Origin: Raillietiella orientalis
Taxonomy: Eukaryota
Length of the DNA: 64,000 nt
Reading direction: 5' to 3'
Assembly (NCBI GenBank): GCA_036172245.1
Contig: JAYWIR010000013.1
Span: 558,001 to 622,000, forward strand
The notes below the pieces were generated by a model, which saw only the letters and a list, made by a program, of their open reading frames with translations, was not told the origin of the DNA and made no database searches. Of the stretch, positions 24,701-37,288 are shown piece by piece (position 1 is the first letter of the stretch; each line of letters opens with the position of its first letter). A program made the position numbers and the translations under genes.

Positions 24701-27533
24701 GCGGAGTGGGTCCGAGAGAGGAGGATCCCGACCCCACGGAGAGGATCTAACGGGAGACTAGCTGCATTCCGTTCTCACCCCTCCCCACGGAAAGGCTGGG
24801 AGGCAGTGGCGGGCGAGTGCCCACAATGGCGAGTGGGTGCGTGGAGGGGCATCGAGGGAACCGACTCGCGCGTGCCAGCTGGTGGTCGGAGACTCCGATT
24901 CTTCCTTCCCCTCCCCGGAGACGGACCGCACCCAGGGGAAACCCCATCCTGCGCTTCAACCTACCCCTCAGCAAAAACTGCCACCGCATACATCCTTACA
25001 CTCACTTGCCGTGTACACCGTACTGCCAGATAATGAGGACGCTCTGGAGGCTGCCTGTTGCCGTCGTCAGGGAGAGAGTGGATGACCCCGTGAATCGAAG
25101 GGGTGAGGGTGAGGGGAAGAAGGGAGCTGGAATTGCATCGGGAAGCTTCCTGAGTTTCTACCTTGCCTGGTGCCTCCTCTCCGGTCCGCTCCCGCCAGGC
25201 ACGCGCGTAGGAGCTCCAGGGACACGAGCTCGGGGCCGAAGGAGGTGGAGTGAGAGGGGAGGAGAGGCGCAGAGGAGCGTTCCCGGTGCATGATACCCCC
25301 TGCGAGTGCGCGGCAGATCCAGATGCCCTGCTTGCTTGAATTCCCTCGGGCCACCTTGGGACGTCCCCGGGGCTGCCTCTCAAGCCTCCTCTCAGCCTGC
25401 CCGGATCCTCCTCAGTTCCTCCTCCTCCCCTTCCTCCTGCCCCATCCCTCCCCATTCGTAGCTGTCTTGTGCCGTCCGGACGCACCGAGTTCCCAGCGAC
25501 GCTTTCTTCCCTGCGTGCCCTTCCCGCCTTCGGGCCACTCCAGCGCGCCGCTGCTGCCCTTGAAGGCATTTCTGAGCCCCCGTCCTGTGGAGTAACGGAA
25601 CGCGCCTCAAACGCCCGACGGGCCGCACGAGGCACGCCCCTACCGAGGAGAACGCGGATGCGTAGTGGCCCCCATAACGCGCCCAGCACGCGGCGGCTTT
25701 CCGCTTTTCCTTCATGCATCCCTACCTCCGCACCCGCTCGCCTCTGTGGTTTCCAGGTGCTCCCTGGGCGGGCAGAGGCGGCGGTGGAGGGCCGAGGAGC
25801 TGCCACGCTACTTATCGGCGGCGGCAGCTCGCCCAACTCCGAGGCATGCGGGGAAGAGCAACCTCCGGAAGGCCTGGCTTTTCCCTCCCGCCGTTCCCGT
25901 TTTGCCCGCCGTCCCCAGAACCGCCGCCGTCGCCGCGCGCTCCTCAAGGCTGCGTCCTACCCTGTCTGTCCGCGCGCTGGACCTTCTCTCGGCAAGGATC
26001 TGCCCCCTGGATCCCTCCCGAGGTCGCTCGGGATCCCCTCCCTAGTGGTGATCAAACGGCAGCAACTCCATATTGCGTCCCTTGCCACCCCCCCTTCCAG
26101 GGAAGGGACCAATGGCAAGAGACGAGTTGCTGGCGGCTTCGCTGCCTCTTTGGCCCCCTCCCGGTCCACCAACACCCTGTATTCTTCCTAGTCCCACACG
26201 CAGACAGTTCCACCGGAGACAGTCAGGGATCCTGGACGAAATTCGGAGGGAGGGGGGGAGTCGCCGGGAGGGAAGGCCCCACCGCCGCCACGTTCGAACC
26301 GCCTGGTCCGCGCGCGTCTGTGCGGCTTTCCTCCTCCCGGTTGAACAGTGGACGGTTTTGCTTCTTCCAGGTTACTGGCCATTCCCTGTCGTGTGGTGCA
26401 ACATTTACGTCACGTGCGACGTCCTCGGGTGCTCCTGCTCCATCATGCACATGTGCTTCATGAGCGTGGGGAGGTACATGGGCATCAGAAACCCACTGAA
26501 GACGAGGAGACTGTCCAAGAAGCAAACGATGACCAAGATTGCCCTTTGCTGGCTCTTGTCCATGGTCATCACGAGCCCGCTGACCGTGCTGGCGGCGGTT
26601 GAACCAACGACGGTGATGAACAACAACCTCGTCTGCGTGATAAGTAATAACTACTATAAGATATTAGCTTCGGCGTTCTCCTTCTACATCCCCATGCTGG
26701 TGATGGTGATCACCTACGTGCTGACCCTGTGTCTCCTCCAGAAGAAGGCCAACTTTTACGGAACGGAGGAGAACCGCAGGATCATGCAGGCCAATTGCAG
26801 GGCCGCTGCCGCCGCCTTCAGCAGCAGTAGCAACAGGGAGCCCGGGAGGTGCGACCCCTCCGCCAGCCAAGTCCTCCTCCAAACCAAACAGGACGGCCTG
26901 GACGCCGGCGGCGACTCCAGCGCGCGCCTGCCGCTAATGCCGCGCGGCGCCGAGGTCCCTGACGGGAGGTGCGACCGCTCCACACAGACGGAGAAGGACT
27001 CATCCTCCTCCGCTGGGGCGGCGGCGGCGGGGTCGTGCGGCGTCAAGTCCCTGAAGCGCCAGCTGAACTGCGTGGCTAGCAGCCTGCCGTTCCTGCAGGG
27101 CAGGCAGCGGCGTCACTCCTTCTCCGTCCTCAGCACGATGGCCAACGAGAGCAAAGCGAGCAAAGTGCTCGGGCTGATCTTCCTCGCCTTCATCATCTGC
27201 TGGGTGCCCTTCTTCGTCCTGAACGTCTTCTCGGCACTCTGCTCGCAGTGCCGGATTGCCTCCATCCTCTTCGACCTCTTCCTCTGGCTCGGGTACACCT
27301 CGTCCACCCTAAACCCCATCATCTACACCATCTTCAACGAGAACTTTAGGAAGGCGTTCCTCAGACTGATAAAGTGCAACTGCAACCCGGAGGGCCACCA
27401 CCAGCGCTCCTCTTCCTTCCAGGGGACGCTACACTCCCCGTTCTCCCTCGCGTCCATAGCCGCCAACTCCGGCTCGCAGGCTTTCCTGGAACAAGAAGTC
27501 CACTACCACCCCAGGTATCGGCTGGAAATTTGA
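15713..27533 (+). CDS. 5-HT2A: 5-HT2-type serotonin receptor (class A aminergic GPCR, 5-HT2A/5-HT2alpha-like); exons 15713-15723 (tentative), 16018-16391, 26371-27533; ~515 aa, or 504 aa from ATG 16040
   Basis: Seven-TM rhodopsin motifs across two large exons: TM1 [9 protein letters not shown], TM2 [17 protein letters not shown], TM3 CDVLGCSCSIMHMCFMSVGRYMGIRNPL (amine-binding Asp3.32, GRY), TM5 FYIP, TM6 CWVPFF, TM7 WLGYTSSTLNPIIY, helix 8 NENFRKAF. Phase-1 intron CTG G|GTGAGT (16392) to CTTCTTCCAG|GT TAC TGG (26370) rebuilds ...GFLGYWPFP. The subtype call rests on recalled similarity to insect 5-HT2alpha (..MCFISLGRYMGIRNPL..); no search was run. Confidence 0.92.
16040..16391 (+). CDS. 5-HT2A: 5-HT2 receptor exon encoding the N-terminus, TM1 and TM2
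   Basis: MSEVNFVNG...[48 protein letters not shown]; N-glycosylation sequons NSS and NQS; polypyrimidine/CAG acceptor ending 16017 and GTGAGT donor at 16392. Confidence 0.93.
26371..27533 (+). CDS. 5-HT2A: 5-HT2 receptor exon encoding ECL1 to TM7 and the C-terminus
   Basis: Open frame YWPFPVVWCNIYVTCDV...NPIIYTIFNENFRKAFLRLIKC...RYRLEI* after a strong acceptor GTTTTGCTTCTTCCAG; lies within supplied ORF 26073..27533. Confidence 0.93.
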
Positions 27534-28041
27534 AATGCGCTGGAGGAGAAGGAACCGCCACGCGCTTCCTTCCGGGGCGGAGGATTCTCATCGCTGGCCG
27601 CCCCGGGACGCCAGAGGAGGCGTCGACCGGATGAAGGCAGCTCCACCGCTGCCCACGGACGGAGATAGGGGTAAGGGAGCGCGCCGTGGACGGACCATCC
27701 TTACCCCTCCTCTTTCAAACTCTATCGTCTTCGTCCTCGTCCTCCTCTTCGACTGCGGAGAACTGAGAGGCGCCACCGCCTCCCCCCCACCCGCCCGCAC
27801 GAAACGGGAAGAGCGCGGAAATGGACTCCCCAAGATGCCTGCGGGAAAAACGGACCTTGTTCGTGGTCCGTGTCCCTTTCATCCTTCCCCCACCCACTTC
27901 CCTTCCCGCTTCCTGGAGGCACACGATTTTCTCCTGCCGTCCGACTGCATCCAGAGCGAGTGACTTCCGGAAAGGGAAAGCAGGAGAATACCGATACTCT
28001 TCCAGTCCCGGGAGAGAACTTTCCGAAAAATGCCGGGGGGT

Positions 28042-28047
28042 AATAAA
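28042..28047 (+). promoter_or_regulatory. Candidate polyadenylation signal of the 5-HT2 receptor gene
   Basis: AATAAA about 510 nt after the TGA at 27533, in GC-rich sequence where the hexamer is rare; no transcript evidence. Confidence 0.3.
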
Positions 28048-31000
28048 GGCGCAGTTAGTTTCTCTTGAACGAGGGAAGCAGACCCGCCAGAATTCCCACT
28101 TCCTGATTGGCGACCGGCAGTTTGCTGCTCCCTGCTCGTTTGCACCCGGTCAAATCTCGACCGACACCAAGGGGGGAGGAAGGAACCAGCGCTAACCCGC
28201 AACTGGGGGCTTCAAGCTCGAGAAAGGGGGGCTTCCAGGCATCGGATACCCACGACCAGAGGCCGGCCGCAAAGATGTCGCTTCATGAGCTGGATCTTTT
28301 CACCTGCTGCTCGCGTTGGAACAGGCACGCAAGGACCGATCAGGGAGACTGCACTACCGCAGTTGCACCAGCCGTTGCCGAGCTCTGCTGCTGCGCGGCG
28401 GCCGCCAAGACACCGACGGACGCGAAGTAAGGAGTGCATTCTCTTCCGCTAGCAACGGACGGAAGCACCCTGTGACCATCTCGGGTGACCACCACACTTT
28501 TGCCTTCGGAGGAGTAAGCTTCCAGCACGGTGCTTCCACGAATCCTCCAGGCTCTCTGCTTGTCATCGATCCAGATGGGACGCCGACCCTTCTAATTTTT
28601 TCCTCTCCCGCGCGCACGTCAGCGCTGCTTCCGGTGTTCTTCATACAACCTCGTCCGGAGTCGAGAGGGGTAGGTGGGAGAAGGAAAGGGGGTAGAGGGA
28701 TGGGGGGAAGAAGGGAGAGGCCTTTCCAACAAGTCCCGTGCTTGTACAAACTTGCAAAGAGGGCCTTCGTAGTGCTCACGATCGATCTCGTCTAGAAGAA
28801 CAAGACGGATACATCCCCCGCCCCTACACTTCCGAGCACGCTTCACGGGGTCGGAAGGGGGGAGTGACGACAGCGACGCTGTAGATCAAGGTCCTCCATT
28901 CCAGACTTCCAAGAATCCGCGGTGCTAGTTTCTGGCTCCCAGGAGTGACTTGCTTGGCTTACACGGAGGGTGCGCCCTGAGGAGCCAGCGGAGAAAGCAT
29001 TCTTCAAGTTACACAGCACCACCTACTGGCAACCACCCTATGAATCCAGCCCTATGGATCCAGCGGAACTCGCAGCCGCCCACCGCAGTCTCTGAATGGC
29101 CGTCCCCTTACAGGAGTCGAGAACTCTCTCCTCCTGTTGAGTGCAACGCCCACGCGAGTCTGCTTTGGACTCGACCTTCACCGTCTCACGTTTTGCGCAT
29201 TGTGCTGAGGAGAATCCTAGGAGGATCCAGGATTTTCCCAGGCTTGAATTGCCGCTCCGCATCGTATGTTCCCCACCCAACCGACGGGATCCCGCATCGG
29301 GAGCTGCCCTCCTGAGCGATAACGGGAGAATCTATGGCCTGCAGATGGGACTGCTTGGGCAACTGACCCGCACGCGGAATGAGGAATCTGCGGAAGCTTC
29401 TCCGCCTCACGTCATGTGATAGAGAATCCAGGGGAGCGTCAGCTGCCGTAGCCGCATAGACGTTGGCTTCCGGGCAGAAACTCGGCGTAGCTAAGGGCAC
29501 CCGAAGAGTCCCTGGTTTCGTCGTCTCCTCTCTTCGGAGCCTCCTTGAGGTCCGGCGGCTGGTCAACCATCTTCGGCGCCCGAAAGAAGAAGGAATGGGC
29601 TGCAGAGGGGTTCCCACGCAAAGAGGGAGGAGCCCCGCATCTTCCGGGAAGGGAAGCTCCAAAGAGAGAACTGGGACAGGTGTTCCCCCCGGATACGCCC
29701 GCTGTTCAAGGTCGTCTCTTGCTTCGAGCTCTACTTTTTTTCCGTCAACCGGGGAGTCGTCGAACATCCTTTGCGGTGAACCTGCAGGAGCGGTCCAAGA
29801 AGGAGATGCTGTCTTCGTGCAGCCCCAATGGCCAAGCGAGTGTTCCTGTCGAGAGACAGCTGCAGTCCGTTCCATTCTTCAGCAGGAGTGCTCAGAGAAA
29901 GAGAGAAAGAGAGACTCAGCAGTCTTTTTGTTCCCTCCCGTTGCTATGCTTGTCCAGGATTCTGGAATCCCTAGCACCTTGCTCTTGGTCACGAGAAGCG
30001 TGTATTCGAAAGAATCGATTCAGTCCCCCCACTTCGATGGCCTACAGTCATCCATCCATTCCAGTCTCCAGGAGTATCGCATTTTCCGAGGGGACGATTC
30101 TCGGAGGGAGCCTTGGTCTCCATAGACCTGCACAAAATTGATGGTACCTCTGGTGGTTATGGGAGGATGGGGAGGGGGCGTGAACACGTGCCTTCCTTCC
30201 ATAGCAACCGATTGGGTTGCGACGCCTTCCTTTCTGCCAGTCTGGAAGGTGCTCTGAAGCAATCGTCGTGGGCTTCGAATTTTCCCCCGCAGGATGGCGC
30301 CGGCTGGCCTGCATTTGGGTGAGCCGCTGGTGGAAGCGCGAAACCCACTGGAGGCTCCCGTCGAGTGGCTGGGATTGCAAGTCGAACATCCGAGGTCCTT
30401 CCATGAATCGAGGAGTCGATTTTCTTTGGGATTCCCCTCCTTCTCGCAGCATGGGACTGGTTGAAACTCCCATCAAGGGGTTGCCTCTCCAGAATGTGAA
30501 GAAGAGCGCTGCTCCTTTCGAGGGACGCCCTTCAGAGAAATCCGGAAGCGTCCCTTCAGGGTTCTCTCTTCAGAGAAGCGAAAACAAGGAGCGGCCCCTT
30601 TCCGGGTTCCCTTCGGGGAAGAAATAAGGAATGACCCCCTCCGGAGAGAATAAGGAAGAGGATGTTCCCTTGGGGGTTCCCTCTCAAGCATGCGAGGAAC
30701 GGACTCCTTCCTCGCCCGGAGCTCTTCCTGGATTCGCAGGGTGGTTCCCTTCCAGGGTACTTCCCCCCTCAACTTGAAACGCGCACCTTCGGGCGGCGTG
30801 GATGGTGCAAAAGAACTTCGTGAACTTCCAGGCGAAAGATTCTTCTTGAGTGCTCAGCGAACCACGGAAGAAAGAAAACGCAAAAAAGAAGGAGGGGAAA
30901 GCCGGAAGGAAAGCAGCGAAGCGGAAGTACGCGGAAGGATCTTCGCCATCCTCTGGCAAACTGCAAGCCATGAGCCACTCGGCTCATCTTCACACCACGG

Positions 31001-34000
31001 AAAGGGCAAAAGGGAAATGAGGACCACTCGAAGAGTTGAATGGCGCTCCGCGCCACTTCTGGGGACACCTCGGATTGAACCAAAATTGCGTACGTGTCGA
31101 GGCCCAGTGGGAGAGCCGCAGGGGCGGTTGACTTCATGGCCTGCATTATGCAACCTGCTGTTCAAGAGCCTCGACGACCTACACGTTGGCTTCCAGAGAC
31201 CAGGTGCCACGCCTCCGTCCAGACCTGGACTTCGCGAGTCTCAATGTGGTAGCGAGGTTGTTTCCGTTTTACGCCTGCCTCTCCTCTACCTCGCCATCAT
31301 GGTCCTCCCAAGGTCACAGGGTGGAGGGGATGTGGTGCTCGTGCTTCTTGGTTCGTTCTCGTGCGGCGATGCACGCAAGAATTCTCACCGTCCAACACTT
31401 CCTCCCCAAGTCACGTGACGGTTCCCGGACGTAGCTCCGATTCCAAGTCTCGGTCCTGTATCTTTAAAGAGGAACCCCAAACCTCTCTTCTTCTTCCGTT
31501 CCCGCTCTTCGAAACAACCTTCTTACCACTCCGTCTTGCCACTTCTGATTCCTCTTGCACTCAGGTCCTGGAAAATTGGTCCAGATTTTGCGCCGAGTCT
31601 CTCTCCAAGATATTCAAATATTCCCTTTTTCTGGAGGAACCTCCACGGCTTTTTATGGATTTACAGCTCTGAGTGCTCCAGGAGTGGAGCGGTAATTAAG
31701 ACTGGTAATGACCCCAGGTGTATCATTTGTAGAATTGACCCTGAAAAGAGGGAATTTATGAGGCGATCAAATTCCGGTGCTTGCCTGTCTGTGCTGCTGG
31801 TGCAGGAACGGGCGTCCGCGTAGGAACGTCGATCGCCACGGACGGGGGAAAGGGGGAGGGGCGGCACGCGGCACCTTCTTGCGCTGCCATATGACCCTCA
31901 GGGCCTCTGGATCTTTATGTCGACCTGCTCGGCCGAAATCCACGGATAGTGGATCCTCCATGCTGAGTGCAGTCGTGGGATCACATCACGTCGACACTCT
32001 CGTGGTTCCGCCTGCTTTCCTCGAAGCATTGGACGCTCCCGGTATGCTGCATGCGGAGGATTCTAGCTGATTTGGCTCTCAATTCCGGACCTTCTCAAGA
32101 TGAAGGTTTGGTTGTCACCAGGAGTGACCCATGGATGGGAAGAATTCGAGTCTTCTCTCGGGACAAGGCGTTCCACTCAACGCCAGAGAAGGTCAGGGTC
32201 AGGGAAGTCGGGAAGACGACAGGGTGCGTTCCCGTAAGGCAGAAAGGAGATCCTGGGAATTGCGGACCGCGAGAGTGTGATGTGGGAAAGGAAGAGTCCC
32301 ACAAGAGGCCTCTGGAAAGGGAACCAGGGCCTAGGCATCGGGAGCTCGGTGCCATCCTCCCTGGACGGCTGCAAAGCGGAAGCAAGTCGAGATGGTCACC
32401 TACGGAGAGTTTTCTATGCGGAAGACTCTCGGGGAAGCATCAACTGCTGCAGCGTGAAGGGCGACGGGATGCTTTGGAGGAGGAGTGACCATCGACTCGC
32501 ACGGAGATGCAGCAGAAGATCCGTTTCGAATCCTGAGAGACAGAGAGAGAGAGAAGTGCATCATTTACTCTGCGCAGACCGCGTCCGTGCCCTCCGGCTG
32601 ATTTGTCCAGGGTGGACTGACACTGGATAACAGACACGTCAAGAGCTTGCGGGATCCTTCGAGAAGAAGTGTGAGAGGCAAAGACAAAAACAGGATGGCA
32701 CGGAGCCCGGGAAGGGAGGCCTCTGCCGGGAACCTGCGGGAGGATGGGACACAACCCGGAAGCAGACTGAAAATTTCCCGCAAGAGAATTTCCCGTTCCC
32801 GACACTCCACGAAGAACCACTTCCGCATCACAGTGTCTCCCACTGGCGCTCCTGCGGACAGGCATCCTGCGACGCATCAAAGCGAGACATCCGTCTCCGG
32901 AGGGAGGCGGAAGAAAACCGGACGAGAGGAAAATTCCCTGGCGGCTCATCGAGTGCTCCGTCTGGAGAGAGGCATCAGACGAGGAGGCGCGCCTGCGTGT
33001 TCTTGGAAGTGGTCCAGAATCTCCTGGAAGGAGGCGCGGCTCCCGCAATCTGACCGCATGGAACTCGAACGATCTGAAAGGGGGAGGGAGGGGAACCTTA
33101 AGACGGGTAGCCACATGACGGTAGCGAAACGTGCGTATCAGGTGCCGTCGGCGCTTTGGAGTAACGGAAAGCGGTCAGCTCAGTGTGGGGGTGTCAGGGT
33201 TCGGGATGACCTATGTAATTCGTCTCGGTTGACTTGCTGCTGAGCTCTAAAGCCCACTGTCCACTTTGGACGGGCGAGCAACCGATTATCCGAGAAAATC
33301 GGGATAGTCTGAGTGGGATACTGGATAGGTGGTGGACCAGAGGAGAGGTCGTTCAAGAGAAACTCTGGTCGGACTTCCCCCCCCCCCCGCGCGCACCTCC
33401 AGGATTCTGGCTCGAAGCAGTAGTGGAGCGTGTGATGGTGTCAGCGTGGGCGGGACGCAGACCTAGAAGAGCATGTCCCGGCCATCGTTTCGGACCGGGA
33501 TTCCCGGGGCATTTGTTCATACACAAACAAACGTGCAGTTTTTTTCTTTATCCTGGAGAAAGGGAAAGTCGGACCAAGAGTTCAGGGAAGACTGTGGGGG
33601 TGGAGGGGAAGGAAAAGGGATGAGGCCCTGGGAAGGGTGTGGCTAGGATTTTGGCTCCTGGTGTCTCCTTCCGGCTTCTCGAGATCCTCCCTCTTCAGAT
33701 ACGCCCGTCTGTGCGCGCGCTGTACGCAGCAGTCCTTTGCATATCCGGGAGATACCTACCGTCTCGATGCCTTTCGGGTGTCGGGATGTCAACGTGGGGA
33801 AGGTCAGGAGGGAGAGAAGAGGAGGGGAGGAGTAAGTGTACCGAGGCGAGTCCCGTCCTGAAGGCGAGCAGCCGAGGCATCTGCTGCCTGCCCTGCGATA
33901 CTTCCAGGTCTTCTCTGCCGTTTTCCAAGGAGTCGCCATCGCCGCACCAAGTTCCTGCGAGGAGGACGGCGGCGGGGAACGTGTGGAGGGGACCAACGCC

Positions 34001-37000
34001 CCAAAGGACCACCTCCTCGTTCTCTTCCAGTAGGTCGTCCAGAAGACCCCAAGTGTCGCGTAAGTCTACAGCGCGACATCTGTGTGGTTGCAGGATCGTC
34101 CTCAAGGTCACCAGCCTCCCGAGCTCCTACCTCAGGTACACGTCCTCTGAATCAGCAAGCCAGTTGCTGATGCAGTGGCAGGCGACCGTGGGGACCATCA
34201 CCGAGGCCAGGTCTTAGGCCAAGGCGTCGTTGTGGTTGCGCCGCAGCAGTCCAAAGCCGAACGTGTCAAGGCCGCCGCTGTTGCAGAGCCGCGTTCAAGT
34301 GCATGGCAGCGTTGAGCGAGGTTCCGGATGGGGTGATCGCGAGGACGGGCGTAGTCACCTCCTGGTCCAGCTCCACCGCGTCGAGGCCAACCATCAGGAC
34401 GAGCACCTGTCGGCTCCTCCCTCACGTCAACCATCCACGCGCAGAGAGCGCGCAGGCGTAGTGGATGAGCATCTTCCGCTCCGCGTTGCGAGCCCCAAGG
34501 CGGGGAACGGACAGATCGCTTGCTACTCTGACTCATCCAGTCCCCACCTTTTCATTCGCCGCCGTCGAGACAGCGTTATCTCGAGATGGTCGTTTCCAAG
34601 GCTTTCCTCCTTACGCCTGGAATTCTATCCAGGGTACCGTCCTCTCCACCACCGACGAAATGGGTGCTCCTCGGGTCTTCGCTCCCTTCGAGAGACTCAG
34701 CAGCAGACATGGCTTTGCATGTGCACTGCTTCCGGCTGCGGAAGCCAGAGAGTGCCATCTTTCCACAGCTTGGCAAGATGGCACTGTTAATACATGCCTT
34801 GGTCCGTGCGTAGGCCACCTTGCACTTGCCCGTTCGAAGTGACGGTTTCGTCGCCGCTCGTCTCCATCAGCAAGGATGACGGGAGGCCTAAAGTTCGTCC
34901 GAGCACACCCGGTAGAAGTCGATGCAGCCTATTCGCCGCTCACATTCCTGTGACTCGATGTGGGAGTGGCGCTCTCCCTTGGCAGACGAGGAAGAGGGCG
35001 AAGCTTGTCGCGCGGTTCTCTCGCAAGCAGCCTGGGGCAGCTGGTCATCCAGCGTTCGAAAGAGACCACAGAGGATCTTGCCGCGCATCCTACCGGCCAG
35101 GAATGAGGCGGCCTATTCTTACTCTCGGCAGATACACCGGAAGAAGACAGTGTCCCGTCCCTGAGGAGCTCTGGAAGCCAATCTGTTTCATGCTCTTCGG
35201 CACGACTAGGAGGCCTCGCCAGGCCGCCGCACCATCGGTGAATGCTGGAGAGTGCCTCTTCCTCCTCCTTCGACGAGGACGATCAACGGCTGCCACCGTT
35301 GCCCGGAGACAGGGAGATGCGCCTGGATTTCCTCTTCTCGTTCCCACCTCCAGGCGTGTCCCGCACCCTCACCTGCGGAGTCGGCCGAAAACTTTTTCGA
35401 CTTTGTGCCAAGCTCACTGTTCCTTTTCCCTTCTTTATCGGGGGAATATTTCGCATTGCTTGTTCCTCAAAAGGTTCACAGAGATGACAGAAACACCTCG
35501 CCCTCGCCGAGTTGCTCTTCGCAGGACTCGGAATGCCATCAGGCGCAGTGGGACAGCAGCAGTCTTCCGGCCCTTCGACCTTGAAAGCTGAGGAAAGGTG
35601 ACGGCAATCAGAGCTTCCCCAGCGCCTCTGGAGGATCTTGCTGACCCAAGCAAGGAAGAGGTCCGATGGACGAACGATCCGGGCCCGAAGAGCCCGAAGA
35701 CTCCATGGATCGGGACTCGGGCTGTCCGGACGACGTCTCGGCCGAAGGCGACGCGTGGTGGCAGCGAGATCCAAGACAAGCAGACACGGCGACGGCACCG
35801 CGGAGCAGGCTAACAGAAAGTTCCTCCGCTGGAGTTGTGCAGAGCTCCCCCAGGGCTTCCATTTCGCTCTCTCTGGCTTTGAGTTGCAAAACCTTAGAGT
35901 TTCGTAGAGCAGGTGGCCGTTTGCTCTGAGAGCCTTTCGGATCCTGGGGGAGGCCATCACCGAGGCAAGAAAGGGACGAAAGGGGGGGGGGGAGGAATAA
36001 CGAGGTCTTGGATACCACTCCGGCTGGGAGTCCGCTGTAAGGACGCAGGGAGGGTTCTCCACGAGCGTATCAGTACGATCGAATGATGCGAGCGATGCTC
36101 TCCCAGATTTAAGATGCGACCGTTCTAAGTCTCCCTTAATCTCGGGACGCTTCTGGGGACATGATAGAGTTCTTCCGCGTTTTCCGAGTCATTTTTGGAA
36201 ACAGTGAAGCTGCTCTGCAGATAAGGACAGAACAGACGCGCATTCTCCATCTTATCTTATCCCATCTGGCAAACCTTCTTGGTTGGATGATTTTTATGGG
36301 ATATCGAAACTGACGCAGAGCGGTGCAACCGTTGTTTCTGCTCCCCCAACCTCGAAAAAGACATCCCGGAATGCGAACTCTCGAGAAGCGCCCGACGTTT
36401 CATTCTCTCGCTATTTTCGAGAGAAGGAGAAGGAAGGTTATGGGGGAATCCATAACTGGCGGCGAGAGTCTGCAAAGGGTCTGTCTCCAGGACGGACTCC
36501 TTTCGGTCCCACAACATCAGAACTTCTGAAAGTTTCGATGCGCACGAAGAAATCTCCGATATCGAAGAACATGCCTGGGAAGTGGGATCTGCAACTCACC
36601 TTCCCTTCCCTTCTTTCCCAAAGCCTCTCTTTCGCGAACGAAGTAGCCGGTGGGAAGACGGACCAGTGCAGGACGAGGCGAGGTGGCTGGCCGCTCCCGA
36701 AGACCGTGGACGGGACGTGTGCGAAGAATGCAAATCGAAAACGCACTCACAGGTAAGGGCGGTTCCTGGACGAACACGTCCGAGAAGGCGCGTCTCTTGG
36801 CATCCTGCCAACTCCCTGCCAGGAATGGCACGCTTTCGTGACTTCTTATCAATGGGCGTGTTCTTGGGTAGGTTCGTTGATGACAGGAGAGGTCTCCGCA
36901 GTTGAAGGAGTTCCGGTGCCCGCACGATCATCTCCAGGTGGACACCTTGGGTCTGGTTAGCTTCCAGAGCAGAAACACGTAGCCACGATGCGCGCGCCCA

Positions 37001-37255
37001 ACTCGTTGAGGGAGTGGGACGACAGGGAATGGAGGACAGCGTCGACCACGCGTTCCCCAACCACGACCCGTGTCCAAGGGTCGGAAAACGAGTGAGAGTG
37101 GGATCGACCATGTCCGACCGTTCCCGTCTGCAATTCTGCCTGCGAGACAAGGGACCCCTATCCAAAGCGCGAAGTCACCCGGGAGACTGGCTGAACCTTC
37201 CAGGATCCTCGGCTGCTCACCTCATTTGTCTGTTCCACAGGATTCCTCTCGAACT

Positions 37256-37288
37256 CATCGGATAATTCTGGAGCATCGGATAATTCTG
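37256..37288. repeat. Short tandem duplication, period 18 (CATCGGATAATTCTG x2)
   Basis: Identical 15-mers at 37256-37270 and 37274-37288. Confidence 0.85.
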
